Source of the DNA: an uncultured bacterium
GTDB taxonomy: Bacteria; Patescibacteriota; Minisyncoccia; UBA6257; 2-01-FULL-56-20
Reading direction: 5' to 3'
DNA: 64,000 nucleotides
Assembly: GCA_963705915.1 (NCBI GenBank)
Contig: OY970126.1
Location: 296,306-360,305 of the forward strand
Positions 10,383-20,949 of the stretch are shown piece by piece. Under the pieces are notes generated by a model. That model did no database searches. It was not told the origin of the DNA and was given only the letters and a program-made list of their open reading frames with translations. A program made the position numbers and the translations under genes. The first letter of the stretch is position 1, and each line of letters opens with the position of its first letter.

Positions 10383-13300
10383 TTATGTGCCCGAATTATC
10401 GGAAGTTGAAGACGGCGTCGAAGGTGGCGGAGTAGCCGGAGGCGTCGTTGATGCGTCGGTTGAGGTGTCGGTCGATGTGTCAACCTGCGGTGGCGTGGAA
10501 GTTGGTGTGGACGTCGGCGTTGATGGCACGACCGGCAACGTTGACGACGGATCAGTGCTCGTTGTACTGGCGCTCGTTACGTCGGTGCTCGTTGTGCTCG
10601 TGTCCACGGTGTCGTCCGTGCTTGTAGGGTTTGTATCGTCATCGCTCGGCGTGGAGGTCGCCGTTGATGTTGGTGTTATTACCGGTGTGGGCATTGGTGT
10701 TGGCGGCGCAACAGGAGTCGATGCGGGCGGCGGCGTCTGTGATCCTGTTTGATTCTGCAACAATCCTTGAAGCTGGTTGCTTGTGATACACGTTTCCTGA
10801 ATGCAAAGGAGGTTGGTCGTCACCCGATCCACGACGATGCCCTTAAGCGTTGCAATGCCGTCGCTCACAAAAATGCCCATATTTGAGAGCGCCGCCTGGA
10901 CGTATTGGGTTACCTCGGCGAGAACCGACTGGTCTCCATTTGAAATAACGGCGGGGATACCGACCATCGTACTGCTTGCGTCGTCATTGCCGGGCGCCCA
11001 GTGTGGATTCACAAAAACTAAGATCTCCGGCGTCGATGTGGCGGTGGACGAAGTGTCCGCGTCAGCACCATCGTCGCCACTGTACGCCTGAAGCGCCTCA
11101 CCGATCACCATGCCAGGACCAATCGCCTTCACGGCAACGCCGGGTTCGATGGTCGAAGCCGCGAGTAAATCGCCAGGGTTGATCGGCCCATTTTCTGCAG
11201 AAACTTTCACGGGAACCCTGCCGGCAAGCGCAATGACCGCCTCTGTTGATGTTGTGAGCGATTCGTTATCACCAGCAATGTATGTTTCGCCGTTATCAAA
11301 GACAACGCCAGGATTCGTTGAAACGACGCCGATCACCGTCTCGTCATCTCCGCCACGAGATTTGGCAAGGCCCGGAATCGCGTCTTCGTCGGTTGTTGTT
11401 GCATCGGTGGTTGTTGCATCATGCGGGATCGCCACAACATCGCCCGGCTCCGTTGGTTCGATCGTGGGATACGCTTCGGCCAAGTCCATATTGCATGAGC
11501 CGCTCGTCGTGGCGTTGAATCCCCCGCTCGAGAGACACTGGCCGTAAAATCCTCCGCCGGCGTCCACCACGCCGTTCACATAGAGCATTGCACTACTTGT
11601 CGTCGTCGTTCCGATGCTGAGATTACCGGTTGAACTCGAAATGAAAATCGTTGACGTCGCCGAAAGTGTGCTCGTCGAGGTGTAGTACGGGAAATAATAA
11701 TCGACGCTCGTCGCGGAAGTACCGACGCCACCGGTGACGTTTGAAACGACCGTGGTCGTCGCGCCATAGTATTCCGTTTGCACCGAATTCACCGTGGAAG
11801 ATTCTGCCGTGGCCGAAGAGAGACGAACATCGATTTCCAGTGTTTGGTTTGAGGTCGAATCAATGCTCACAACACCGCCAGCCTGAAGTGTTGTGCCAAC
11901 CGCAGTGCTACTTGCGGTTCCAATGGTTGCAATATAATTTCCGATTTGGTTGTTTGTCGTCCCAGAAGCGTTTGATAAATTAAATTGCGCCGTCCAACCC
12001 GCTGGGTTTGCTGAGGCGGTTATGTTCGCACTTGTTGAGCTCGCCACAAGCTGCCCGCCATAATACATGAGCCATCCAATGCCGTGCGTGGTGGGAACTT
12101 TGAGCGTTCCGAACATCGTGACCTGGATAAAGCCTCCTGCCGTTCCGAGCGTATTGCCCGGAACGGTGTATTTATAAACCGATGTCGAGGCCGCTGTTCC
12201 CTGCACGTTCACAACCGTCGTTGTTGCGTTAAGTTGCTCTGCGTAGGTAACCGTCGATGTCGTCACGGTGAAGCTGCCGCTTGTACAACCGCACTGCGCC
12301 AAAGAAAGGCTCCCACCGGAAAGCGTGAGTCCATTACCGATACCAAGCGCACCGACCGCGCCGCTGCCGTTTGCGTAAAGGACGGACGAAAGCTGGCTCG
12401 TGATTGAAAGGTTGGTTGTTGTGACGTTCCCAAGGACGGTTGTTGACGCGAGCGACACCAAGCCGCCCGATTGATTGAACGCGCCGACCACGTTCAGTTT
12501 GCCGTTGTCAGTCGAGGTTCCGATGGCGGTATCGCCGGAAACAATAAGGCCGTTTGAAGGTGCCGCCGCGCCCCCGTTGCCAGCATACGAACCAATCGAT
12601 GCATTGCCCCCAACATCGAGCGTGCTCTTGATGATGCCCGGGGTATTGCTGTTCGGATCAATAATGGTCTGCCCGTCGGGAGCAACCATGATCGCGGGGT
12701 TGCCCACGGTATATGCTCCAGAACTTGACGCCAAATGATAAAGATCCCACGAGCTGCCGCCTGTTGCCCCTGTCTTGGATTCGATGAGGCTAAAAATCCA
12801 CCCGTCTTTATTGTGATCAATTGCATTCCAGGTAGAACCCGAAGCGTTGAAATAAGCATTTCCTTCCATATAAGAATAAAAGTTGCCGTTGTTGGAAGTT
12901 TGATCGAGGGCGAGCAATCCGGTGTTTCCGCCCGTCGCATCTCCAACGTCTATGTCACCTTGGCCAGACGACGCGTTCCCGTAAGCCCACAAGCCCGTTG
13001 ACGTTGCGGCGAACGGCCACGTGGCACTTCCAATAATGATGTCACCGGCAGAGGTCTCGTAGAGTGATGACGTTGCCGATACCGTACTCGAGCCGGACGT
13101 TGCCCACGTCATAAATTGATTCGCAACGATGCTTGAGGTGCTGTTCGCAAATACATTACCTCCGCCGCAACCAACGGAAGCGATGGTGCCGCTTGCGTTC
13201 GTTCCAAGGCACTGTGCTGATGCAACACCGGTGATGGTCACATTCGTTGTCGTCACATTACCGTTTGCGCCGAGTTGGAATTTAGTTGAACTGTTAACTT

Positions 13301-14138
13301 CAAAATTTATAAAATCTTGCTTAGATCCGGATACAATGTTCGCACCAAGGAATGTGCCGGACGCATTGCCGCCGGTGATGTAATTATTGCCAAGAAGAAC
13401 AAGCGTTGACGTTGTCGATTGCACCGGCAGGCCAGCGACCGAGAAAGCCGAATACGGCGACGAAGTGCCGATTCCCACAAAACCGCTATTGGCGACACTG
13501 AAGATGGGCGTCGCTGTCGCAACATAAAGGATATCGCCAGCGGGGTTCGTTGTTGTTCCTAAATTGAAATCAGAATTAATTTGCGCTGCATTCAACGTTA
13601 CGACTCCAGAGGATGACACGTCGAACTGACTGGAGCTATTCACTTCAAAATTCACAAAGTCGCCGTTGTATCCCGACGGTGCGTTCGCACCAAGGAATGT
13701 GCCGGACGCATTGCCGCCGGTGATGTAGTTATTGCCCAAAAGCACGAGTGTCGAGGTGGACCCTTGCACCGGCATACCGGCGACAGAGAGATCAGAGTAC
13801 GGCGCAGACGTACCTACGCCAAAATTTCCGTTCGTCGTATTCAAATAAAGAAGCGAGGTGTTTGCGGTGATCGTTCCGCTCGTGTCGTTATCAAAGAGAA
13901 CACCACCGACGGGAAGCGTGGTTGTCGAAAAAAGCGGCGGCTGGACGGTGCAGTTTGTGCTCGTTGGCGCGCAACCAGGGTCGAGCGTCTCCCCTGGCGT
14001 GAAAGGACTCCCCGGCGGATCAGCAAAAACGTGCTGGAGGGCAAAAGAAAACACGAGATAGAACCCACAAGCAATGGCACAAAATAACAAAAACCGGCTC
14101 TTTGCCTGATGGGGAGTTTTTTGAGGGTTTACGGTCAT
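10383..14138 (-). CDS. Large fibre-like surface protein with tail-fibre-type repeats and C-terminal intramolecular-chaperone autoproteolytic (peptidase G2/S74-like) domain
   Basis: N-terminal TM/signal; GNFGVGTSAP, GFVGIGTSSP and GNLSIGTTT repeats; DLAEAYP...GDVV...IGVVSTNPG...IALAGRVPVKV...PGDLL...VIGEAL; Pro/Thr-rich tail. Confidence 0.75.
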   Translation of the reverse strand: MTVNPQKTPHQAKSRFLLFCAIACGFYLVFSFALQHVFADPPGSPFTPGETLDPGCAPTSTNCTVQPPLFSTTTLPVGGVLFDNDTSGTITANTSLLYLNTTNGNFGVGTSAPYSDLSVAGMPVQGSTSTLVLLGNNYITGGNASGTFLGANAPSGYNGDFVNFEVNSSSQFDVSSSGVVTLNAAQINSDFNLGTTTNPAGDILYVATATPIFSVANSGFVGIGTSSPYSAFSVAGLPVQSTTSTLVLLGNNYITGGNASGTFLGANIVSGSKQDFINFEVNSSTKFQLGANGNVTTTNVTITGVASAQCLGTNASGTIASVGCGGGNVFANSTSSIVANQFMTWATSGSSTVSATSSLYETSAGDIIIGSATWPFAATSTGLWAYGNASSGQGDIDVGDATGGNTGLLALDQTSNNGNFYSYMEGNAYFNASGSTWNAIDHNKDGWIFSLIESKTGATGGSSWDLYHLASSSGAYTVGNPAIMVAPDGQTIIDPNSNTPGIIKSTLDVGGNASIGSYAGNGGAAAPSNGLIVSGDTAIGTSTDNGKLNVVGAFNQSGGLVSLASTTVLGNVTTTNLSITSQLSSVLYANGSGAVGALGIGNGLTLSGGSLSLAQCGCTSGSFTVTTSTVTYAEQLNATTTVVNVQGTAASTSVYKYTVPGNTLGTAGGFIQVTMFGTLKVPTTHGIGWLMYYGGQLVASSTSANITASANPAGWTAQFNLSNASGTTNNQIGNYIATIGTASSTAVGTTLQAGGVVSIDSTSNQTLEIDVRLSSATAESSTVNSVQTEYYGATTTVVSNVTGGVGTSATSVDYYFPYYTSTSTLSATSTIFISSSTGNLSIGTTTTSSAMLYVNGVVDAGGGFYGQCLSSGGFNATTSGSCNMDLAEAYPTIEPTEPGDVVAIPHDATTTDATTTDEDAIPGLAKSRGGDDETVIGVVSTNPGVVFDNGETYIAGDNESLTTSTEAVIALAGRVPVKVSAENGPINPGDLLAASTIEPGVAVKAIGPGMVIGEALQAYSGDDGADADTSSTATSTPEILVFVNPHWAPGNDDASSTMVGIPAVISNGDQSVLAEVTQYVQAALSNMGIFVSDGIATLKGIVVDRVTTNLLCIQETCITSNQLQGLLQNQTGSQTPPPASTPVAPPTPMPTPVITPTSTATSTPSDDDTNPTSTDDTVDTSTTSTDVTSASTTSTDPSSTLPVVPSTPTSTPTSTPPQVDTSTDTSTDASTTPPATPPPSTPSSTSDNSGT
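13338..13727. repeat. 45-bp identical direct repeat (13338-13382 and 13683-13727) inside a 115-aa internal duplication
   Basis: gttcgcaccaaggaatgtgccggacgcattgccgccggtgatgta occurs twice, 345 bp apart. Confidence 0.9.
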
Positions 14139-14260
14139 AGATACAACGAACTACGCAAGGCAGACTTTGCCTTACCTTAATTGTACCAAGAAAAACCACA
14201 TATTTTCTGTGGAAAAGAGCCTTCTCAAGATTAAGTCCTCAAATGAGAGCCAATATCGAG

Positions 14261-14863
14261 CTATTTTTTGAAATTTTTGTCCACAGCCTCCCAATGTACC
14301 ACGCTCCACCACGCCTCAATATAGTCCGGACGCTTGTTTTGATGCTTGAGATAATAGGCGTGCTCCCAAACGTCGAGCCCAAGAATTGGCGTCTGGTTTT
14401 TCATGATTGGGCTGTCTTGGTTCGGAGTCGTCACCACCGCGAGACTTCCCTTGTCGAGCACGAGCCACGCCCATCCGGATCCAAAAACTCCAGCGGCAGC
14501 TTTCGTGAATTCTTCTTTGAACTTGGCGAAGTCGCCGAATGATTTTTTTATTTTATCCGCGAGGTTGCCCGTCGGCTCACCGCCCTCTTTTGGCCCCATG
14601 ATCGTCCAGAAAAAAGAATGATTCGCGTGTCCCCCGCCATGATTTCTTACCGCAGTGCGAATATCCTCCGGCACCGAGTCGATCGAGCTGAGCAATTCCG
14701 CGAGCGGTTTATCCGCAACCTCTGGATGCTTATCGAGCGCTTCGTTCAACTTTGTGACGTACGTTTGATGATGCTTTGTGTGGTGGATTTCCATTGTCTT
14801 CGCATCGATGTATGGTTCGAGCGCATCGTAGGCATAGGACAGTTTTGGAAGTTCATATTTCAT
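14261..14863 (-). CDS. sodA: Fe/Mn superoxide dismutase
   Basis: [19 protein letters not shown] and DVWEHAYY motifs. Confidence 0.95.
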   Translation of the reverse strand: MKYELPKLSYAYDALEPYIDAKTMEIHHTKHHQTYVTKLNEALDKHPEVADKPLAELLSSIDSVPEDIRTAVRNHGGGHANHSFFWTIMGPKEGGEPTGNLADKIKKSFGDFAKFKEEFTKAAAGVFGSGWAWLVLDKGSLAVVTTPNQDSPIMKNQTPILGLDVWEHAYYLKHQNKRPDYIEAWWSVVHWEAVDKNFKK

Positions 14864-14932
14864 GATTTTAATGATATTTTTCTTGCGGCGTCTATAATTC
14901 TATAATACACTATACGCGGTCGTTCGTTTCAT

Positions 14933-15003
14933 TGGGGGGTCGTCTAACGGTAGGACATGGGACTTTGAATCCCAGAATAAAGGTCCGACTCCTTTCCCCC
15001 CAG
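14933..15003 (+). tRNA. tRNA-Gln(TTG)
   Basis: Acceptor stem TGGGGGG/CCCCCCA, anticodon arm TGGGA-CTTTGAA-TCCCA, T-arm AAAGG-TCCGACT-CCTTT; CCA not encoded. Confidence 0.9.
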
Positions 15004-15036
15004 CTCTCTTGTGGATCGACTCGACTGGGAATTGAG

Positions 15037-15255
15037 CTAAAGCTTCTCCCGGAGAAACTCAAAAACGATATAGCCGATAAAGGCGGCGACAATTGCGATG
15101 ATAACATTAGTCACGCTAAAAATATCTTTCAGTGCAACGATTAAGGGTTTTCCATATCCCCTACTACGCGTGTACTCTCCCATCAAAAGATTGGCATAGA
15201 AAAGGAAGATAATAAAAGCCATTTCAACTACCGCTCTGCGGATCTTGTTTTTCAT
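15037..15255 (-). CDS. Small two-TM membrane protein at end of kdp operon
   Basis: 72 aa, two hydrophobic helices, 8 bp downstream of kdpD. Confidence 0.65.
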   Translation of the reverse strand: MKNKIRRAVVEMAFIIFLFYANLLMGEYTRSRGYGKPLIVALKDIFSVTNVIIAIVAAFIGYIVFEFLREKL

Positions 15256-15263
15256 AGAAATCT

Positions 15264-16376
15264 TTAAATCATGACGATATGCACCTCCGGCAAATTCTGA
15301 ATGAGAAGTTCGGTAATCGATGTATGGAACTTGCCGAATAATGCTTTTTTTCTCGGATGGCCTTGCACGAGATGCGTGACCCCGTTCGCGTGGACGAACT
15401 GTATGAGGGATTGAGCGATGTTGTCGTCTTTCAAGGTAATCATCTCCGCCCCCATGCTTTCGGCAAGCTTCATGATCGCCGCGATCTCATCGTGATGGGG
15501 AGCAAGCGCCTTGCTTTCATCCGCGGCAGTCGAGACATGGACGACATACCACGTCGCGTTCAGCTGCGAAGCCAATCGCGATGCGCTCCGCAGAATCGCT
15601 TCCGCATTCGGTTCCCCGCCGCGAATCCGCACCATTACCTTGTTCAATGCGCTCGGTTTTACGGCGACGTTGAATCTTTCACGCTGCCGTTTGTCGAGAA
15701 GGTTGGCCATCTCGCTCAGCGTAAGCTCTCGCAGCCTCGTAAGATTCTTTGGCGTGAAAAAATTGTTAAGCGCCGTGTCGATGCGGTCAAGCTTGTATAT
15801 TTTGCCGTCTCTCAACCGTTCGATCAGATCATCGGCCTCAATATCGACATTGGTGATGAGGTCGGCCTGTGCCACGACGGAATCGGGAATGCGCTCGGCG
15901 ACCTTAACTCCAGTGGCTTCTTCCACAATATTATAGAGTGATTCAAGATGTTGGATATTGAGTGTCGTAATGACGTTGATACCCGCACCCAGTAATTCTT
16001 CAACGTCCTCGTATCGTTTTTTGTTCTTGCTGCCGGGGGCGTTCGTATGCGCGAGTTCGTCCACCAAAACCACGGTCGGATGTCTTTTAATGACGGCATA
16101 GACATCCATCTCTTTTAGCTCCAAGTTGCCGTGCCTCACAATTCTTGGCGGGACAATCTCCAAACCTTCCGCCTTCACCATTGTGTCGGGGCGGTCATGA
16201 GGCTCCACATAGCCGATAACCACATCCGTGCCGATCTCTTTCAGATGCTGCGCCTTCAAAAGCATGCGGTAGGTTTTTCCAACGCCCGCCGCCGAGCCGA
16301 GATAGACCTTTAGATAGCCACGCTTCTTGCGCTCGCTGAGCTTCAAAATATCGTCGGACGCTTTGCCATTATCCAT
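15264..16376 (-). CDS. kdpD: KdpD N-terminal sensor domain + USP domain (no TM or kinase domains)
   Basis: LKVYLGSAAGVGKTYRML, LVDELAHTN, TTLNIQHLESL; C-terminal USP fold. Confidence 0.9.
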   Translation of the reverse strand: MDNGKASDDILKLSERKKRGYLKVYLGSAAGVGKTYRMLLKAQHLKEIGTDVVIGYVEPHDRPDTMVKAEGLEIVPPRIVRHGNLELKEMDVYAVIKRHPTVVLVDELAHTNAPGSKNKKRYEDVEELLGAGINVITTLNIQHLESLYNIVEEATGVKVAERIPDSVVAQADLITNVDIEADDLIERLRDGKIYKLDRIDTALNNFFTPKNLTRLRELTLSEMANLLDKRQRERFNVAVKPSALNKVMVRIRGGEPNAEAILRSASRLASQLNATWYVVHVSTAADESKALAPHHDEIAAIMKLAESMGAEMITLKDDNIAQSLIQFVHANGVTHLVQGHPRKKALFGKFHTSITELLIQNLPEVHIVMI

Positions 16377-16399
16377 GTCTACATCATATCAGTCCCTGC

Positions 16400-16996
16400 C
16401 TATTTCTGTATCGGGTATTTTTGGTCGAGCGCCATGTTGAGCATAAGAACGTTCACACCTGGCTCGCCGAAGACATCAATGCTCCTTCCGTCGATATTCT
16501 CATTGATCAGCGCTTGAATGTTCGCGAGGCTGGTATTCCTCGCTTTCGCGACGATGGGTGCTTGAATCGCCGCATTCGCCAAACTGATCTCTGGATCAAG
16601 GCCGCTTGCGGAACCGGTCACGGCGTCCGCAGGTACGGGAGTGGACGTCGAAAGATCGTACTGCGTCCGATATGCCGCAATAGCCTGCTGAATCGTCGTT
16701 GCAAGTTTCTGTGAGGTGGGACCAAGATTGCTGCCACCGGAAGCCGTCGGATCATATCCAGCACCAGCATACGAAGGACGCGAATTGAAATATTGGGGTC
16801 CGGTGAATGTCTGCCCGATAAGCTCCGAGCCAATCACTTGTCCTTGGCCATTCGTAATCAAGCTGCCGTTCGCTTGGGAGGGAAAAAGCGCCTGGCCGAA
16901 GGCCCATACGACGAGCGGATAGACGCCACAGCATATGACCGCGAAGACCAACGTTGCGATGATCGATAATTTGAGTTGTTGAAGGATTTCTTTCAT
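16400..16996 (-). CDS. kdpC: K+-transporting ATPase subunit C
   Basis: GSELIGQ, SGGSNLGP, AVTGSASGLDPEIS, GEPGVNVLMLN motifs. Confidence 0.95.
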   Translation of the reverse strand: MKEILQQLKLSIIATLVFAVICCGVYPLVVWAFGQALFPSQANGSLITNGQGQVIGSELIGQTFTGPQYFNSRPSYAGAGYDPTASGGSNLGPTSQKLATTIQQAIAAYRTQYDLSTSTPVPADAVTGSASGLDPEISLANAAIQAPIVAKARNTSLANIQALINENIDGRSIDVFGEPGVNVLMLNMALDQKYPIQK

Positions 16997-17001
16997 TGGA
17001 T

Positions 17002-19020
17002 TTACGCAAGGTGAAGCGCCGCAATGAGCATGTCGATCAGTTTGATCCCGATGAATGGCGCGATGAGGCCGCCGACGCCGTAAATGAGAAGATTGATGCG
17101 AAGCACCGTGTCCGCGGGGAGCGCTCGGAACTTCACGCCTTTCAACGCAAGCGGAACGAGGAGAATGATGATGATGGCGTTGAAGATGACGGCGGAAAGG
17201 ATAGCGCTCTGTGGATCATGCAGTCGCAAGATGTTCAACGGCGCGATGACGGGGAAAATCGGAAGGATCATCGCCGGGATGATAGCGAAGTACTTCGAGA
17301 CATCATTTGCGATGCTGAACGTGGTGAGCGCTCCGCGCGTCATGAGCATTTGCTTGCCGATCTCGACTACTTCAATGAGCTTCGTCGGGTTTGAATCAAG
17401 ATCCACCATATTCCCGGCCTCCTTAGCCGCCTGCGTCCCCGTGTTCATCGCGACGCCGACATCGGCTTGAGCGAGTGCTGGCGCATCGTTTGTGCCGTCG
17501 CCGGTCATGGCAACCATCCTGCCGCCCGCCTGTTCCTTGCGGATAAGTGCGAGTTTATCTTCCGGTTTTGCCTCCGCAAGGAAGTCATCGACGCCCGCTT
17601 CTTTCGCAATCGCTGCTGCGGTAAGCGGATTATCGCCCGTAATCATGATCGTCTTGATTCCCATTTCACGGAAAAGCTTGAAGCGTTCGACGAGCCCGCC
17701 TTTGACGATATCCTTCAAATAAATTACACCAAGGATTTTATTCTGCGTTGCAACGACAAGCGGCGTGCCACCGAGCTTTGAAACACGGTCAACTTCCCCT
17801 TGGATTTCATTTGAAAACTTTCCGTGCGACCACGCCTTGATGGCTTGCGCCGCCCCTTTGCGGTACTGCATAAATTCCATATCAAGTCCGCTCATCCTCG
17901 TTTGGGCGCTGAATGGAACGAAAACAGCTTTCGGCATTTCGGTTATTTCCCTGCCGCGGATGCCGAATTGCTTGGCAAGCACGACGATACTTCGTCCTTC
18001 CGGCGTTTCGTCGGCAAGCGACGCAAGTTGCGCGGCATCGGCAAGCTCGTCCATGCTCGTACCGGGTGCTGGAATGAATTCTGCCGCCTCGCGATTGCCG
18101 AGTGTGATCGTTCCTGTTTTATCAAGGAGTAACACGTCGACATCACCCGCGGCCTCGACGGCGCGCCCGCTCATCGCAAGCACGTTGTGCTGGACGAGGC
18201 GGTCAATACCAGCGATGCCAATCGCTGACAGCAATCCGCCAATTGTCGTCGGGATCAAACATACGAGAAGTGCGACGAGTACCGGGACGGAGAAAATTGT
18301 TCCACTGTAAATGCCGAAGAGCCGGAACGTAATGACAACCCACAAGAAAATAATAGTGAGTGCGGAAAGCAGGATGGTGAGTGCGATCTCATTTGGTGTC
18401 TTCTGGCGCTTCGCGCCTTCGACGAGCATTATCATGCGATCAAGGAAGCTTTCGCCGGGGTTTGCGGTGATGAGAACCTTAATCTGGTCCGACAACACTT
18501 TTGTACCGCCCGTTACCGCGCTGCGGTCGCCGCCCGACTCACGGATCACAGGAGCGGATTCGCCGGTGATCGCCGACTCGTCAACGGTGGCGGCGCCCTC
18601 GATCACTTCGCCGTCGCCCGGAATGGTTTCGCCTGCGACAACCAATACGATGTCTCCCTTCCGAAGTTCTTCCGCAGAAACCTGCTGTAACGTCCCATCG
18701 GCTTTGTATTTCAAGCCGAAAAGCTGCGTGCGCGATTTACGGAGCGCGTCGGCCTGAGCTTTCCCGCGACCCTCCGCCATCGCCTCGGCGAAATTGGCGA
18801 AAAGGACCGTAAACCACAACCAGAGGGCGATCTGGATCACAAACCCTTTCGGGCCGCTGTTCAAGAAAATCTCTACTGTCGTTATGATGGCCCCGACAAG
18901 CGTCACGAACATAACCGGATTGCGCACCATCCTTCGCGGATCGAGCTTCGTAAACGCGCTTCCAATTGCCGGAAGAATGATCGCTGAATCGAATATGCTA
19001 CTGGTTCTTTTATTATTCAT
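17002..19020 (-). CDS. kdpB: K+-transporting P-type ATPase subunit B
   Basis: TGES, DKTGT phosphorylation site, [10 protein letters not shown]. Confidence 0.97.
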   Translation of the reverse strand: MNNKRTSSIFDSAIILPAIGSAFTKLDPRRMVRNPVMFVTLVGAIITTVEIFLNSGPKGFVIQIALWLWFTVLFANFAEAMAEGRGKAQADALRKSRTQLFGLKYKADGTLQQVSAEELRKGDIVLVVAGETIPGDGEVIEGAATVDESAITGESAPVIRESGGDRSAVTGGTKVLSDQIKVLITANPGESFLDRMIMLVEGAKRQKTPNEIALTILLSALTIIFLWVVITFRLFGIYSGTIFSVPVLVALLVCLIPTTIGGLLSAIGIAGIDRLVQHNVLAMSGRAVEAAGDVDVLLLDKTGTITLGNREAAEFIPAPGTSMDELADAAQLASLADETPEGRSIVVLAKQFGIRGREITEMPKAVFVPFSAQTRMSGLDMEFMQYRKGAAQAIKAWSHGKFSNEIQGEVDRVSKLGGTPLVVATQNKILGVIYLKDIVKGGLVERFKLFREMGIKTIMITGDNPLTAAAIAKEAGVDDFLAEAKPEDKLALIRKEQAGGRMVAMTGDGTNDAPALAQADVGVAMNTGTQAAKEAGNMVDLDSNPTKLIEVVEIGKQMLMTRGALTTFSIANDVSKYFAIIPAMILPIFPVIAPLNILRLHDPQSAILSAVIFNAIIIILLVPLALKGVKFRALPADTVLRINLLIYGVGGLIAPFIGIKLIDMLIAALHLA

Positions 19021-19026
19021 GGATGC

Positions 19027-20751
19027 TTAGAATAGTTTTCCGGCGTGCATGAGGAATTGCTCAACGATAGGACCGAGCGACAATATCGGGAAGAACGTCA
19101 GCGCAGTAATAAGGACAATGACGCCGATGAGCAGGAGAACGAACGTGACGCCGGTTACCGGGAACGAACCCGGACCCATCGCGACGCGCTTTTTCTTTGC
19201 AAGCGATCCGGCGAGCGCCAAGATCGGGATCATCATGAAAAATCTTCCGAAAAGCGCATCGAGACCGATCGTTGTGTTGTACCATACCGTATTCGCAGAA
19301 AGTCCGGCGAAGGCGCTGCCGTTGTTCTCGGCCGCAGAGGTATAGGCGTAGAGTATTTCGCTCAATCCATGCGGGCCGCTATTGTTGAGCCCGGCCAGAC
19401 CCCACGAACTCACCGCCGCCCATGCCGTAAAACCCAGAATGAATATGACGAGAACAAGGACCGAGAGCGCTGCGACTTTTACGTCATAAGCTTCGATCTT
19501 CTTTCCTAAATATTCAGGCGTTCGCCCAATCATAAGCCCGGCGAGGAATACCGTGAGTATGATGTACACGATCATCGTGTAGAGGCCAGAGCCCACGCCA
19601 CCAAAAATAATTTCGTCGAGCTGCATATTTACGAGTGGAACCAACCCCCCAAGTGGGGTGAAAGAATCATGCATTGCATTGACCGCCCCCTCAGACGCAT
19701 CGGTCGTGACGGTCGCAAAAAGCGAGGAGTTGAAAATCCCAAACCTCACCTCTTTTCCCTCCATATTTCCATCGGCAGCAGATATTCCAAGCTGTTGGTG
19801 AATGGGATTGCCCATCTGTTCGGCGTGATAGAGAACCGCAAAACCGGCCAGGAAGACGAGGAGCATCGCGCACCATATCGCCCATCCGTGTTTTTGATTC
19901 CCAACCGCCTTGCCGAAATAGTAAGTAAGACCCGCCCCGATGGCGAAGATGCTCAGCATCTCAAGGAAATTCGTGAGACCGTTCGGATTCTCAAAAGGAT
20001 GGGCTGAGTTGGCATTCATATATCCTCCGCCGTTCGTGCCGATCATTTTAATGGCTTCCTGGGAAGCGAGCGGTCCCTGCGGTATCGTCTGGGTCGTTAC
20101 CCCGCCGTTCGTCTGGACGACATTTGCGGTCGTGTAGCTGTTGAAATTCTGGATCGCGCCCTGTGAAATCAAGACTACTGCGAACACGAAAGCAATCGGC
20201 AAAAGGAGGTAATACGTGGTTCTCACCATATCGGTCCAGAAATTGCCGATGGTCTTGGCCGTATGACGGGCAACACCCCGGACAACCGCGGCGGCAAGCG
20301 CGATGCCCATCGCAGCCGATGCGAAATTATGGATGACGAGCGCAACCATCTGGGAGAAGTACGACATCGTCGCTTCCGGCACGTAGCTCTGCCAATTGGT
20401 GTTCGTCGCGAAGCTGACCGCCGTGTTGAATGCGAGGCTTGGACTTAAATTCGCAAAGTGCTGCGGGTTGAGAGGAAGCCATTGCTGCAGGCGAAGAATG
20501 ATATATGTGAAGACTATTCCAATCAAACTGAAAGCCAGCATTGCAATCGTATACTGTTTCCAATCCTGCTCTTTTTGCGGATCAATACCGAGAAGCTTAT
20601 AGGTAAACCGCTCAAGCGGCTTTAACAGGCGATCGAGAAACGTCTTTCCGTTAGCATCGAGCACCTGGAACAAATAGAGGCCAATCGGCTTCGTGATGAC
20701 GAAGAGGATTCCTACGAAGAGACCGAGTTGTATCCAATCAATAAGCGGCAT
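19027..20751 (-). CDS. kdpA: K+-transporting ATPase subunit A
   Basis: TNTNWQSY, GTNGGG, NSAHPFENP, NNGSAFAG pore motifs. Confidence 0.97.
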   Translation of the reverse strand: MPLIDWIQLGLFVGILFVITKPIGLYLFQVLDANGKTFLDRLLKPLERFTYKLLGIDPQKEQDWKQYTIAMLAFSLIGIVFTYIILRLQQWLPLNPQHFANLSPSLAFNTAVSFATNTNWQSYVPEATMSYFSQMVALVIHNFASAAMGIALAAAVVRGVARHTAKTIGNFWTDMVRTTYYLLLPIAFVFAVVLISQGAIQNFNSYTTANVVQTNGGVTTQTIPQGPLASQEAIKMIGTNGGGYMNANSAHPFENPNGLTNFLEMLSIFAIGAGLTYYFGKAVGNQKHGWAIWCAMLLVFLAGFAVLYHAEQMGNPIHQQLGISAADGNMEGKEVRFGIFNSSLFATVTTDASEGAVNAMHDSFTPLGGLVPLVNMQLDEIIFGGVGSGLYTMIVYIILTVFLAGLMIGRTPEYLGKKIEAYDVKVAALSVLVLVIFILGFTAWAAVSSWGLAGLNNSGPHGLSEILYAYTSAAENNGSAFAGLSANTVWYNTTIGLDALFGRFFMMIPILALAGSLAKKKRVAMGPGSFPVTGVTFVLLLIGVIVLITALTFFPILSLGPIVEQFLMHAGKLF

Positions 20752-20757
20752 GATAAA

Positions 20758-20838
20758 TTAAAAATCTTCAGGACGAACCATGGTTATAAAAAGATAGATG
20801 ACGAGCGCGATGGCAATGATGCCGATGATGATGTTCAT
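20758..20838 (-). CDS. kdpF: KdpF peptide (26 aa)
   Basis: Manual translation MNIIIGIIAIALVIYLFITMVRPEDF with the typical YL...RPE-F ending, directly upstream of kdpA. Confidence 0.9.
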   Translation of the reverse strand: MNIIIGIIAIALVIYLFITMVRPEDF

Positions 20839-20840
20839 GG

Positions 20841-20924
20841 TTATAGTTTTTCGCAGGCTTTCATGTAGAGCCAACCGAGGGCAAAGAACACAATCGTGAT
20901 ACCGACAAAAATGAGGTCTTGCAT
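20841..20924 (-). CDS. Second small hydrophobic kdp-associated peptide (27 aa)
   Basis: Manual translation MQDLIFVGITIVFFALGWLYMKACEKL, 2 bp upstream of kdpF. Confidence 0.75.
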   Translation of the reverse strand: MQDLIFVGITIVFFALGWLYMKACEKL

Positions 20925-20949
20925 GGATTTTTGGTTTCTATTTAATTCG

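Noticed and set aside
13338-13727. Direct repeat as a possible second TR/VR pair or CRISPR
   Set aside because: Only two in-frame coding copies, differences are not adenine-specific, and there are no spacers.
14933-15003. Nested architecture at tRNA-Gln
   Set aside because: No duplicated fragments or enclosing IR were found, so the pattern does not apply to every tRNA in this genome.
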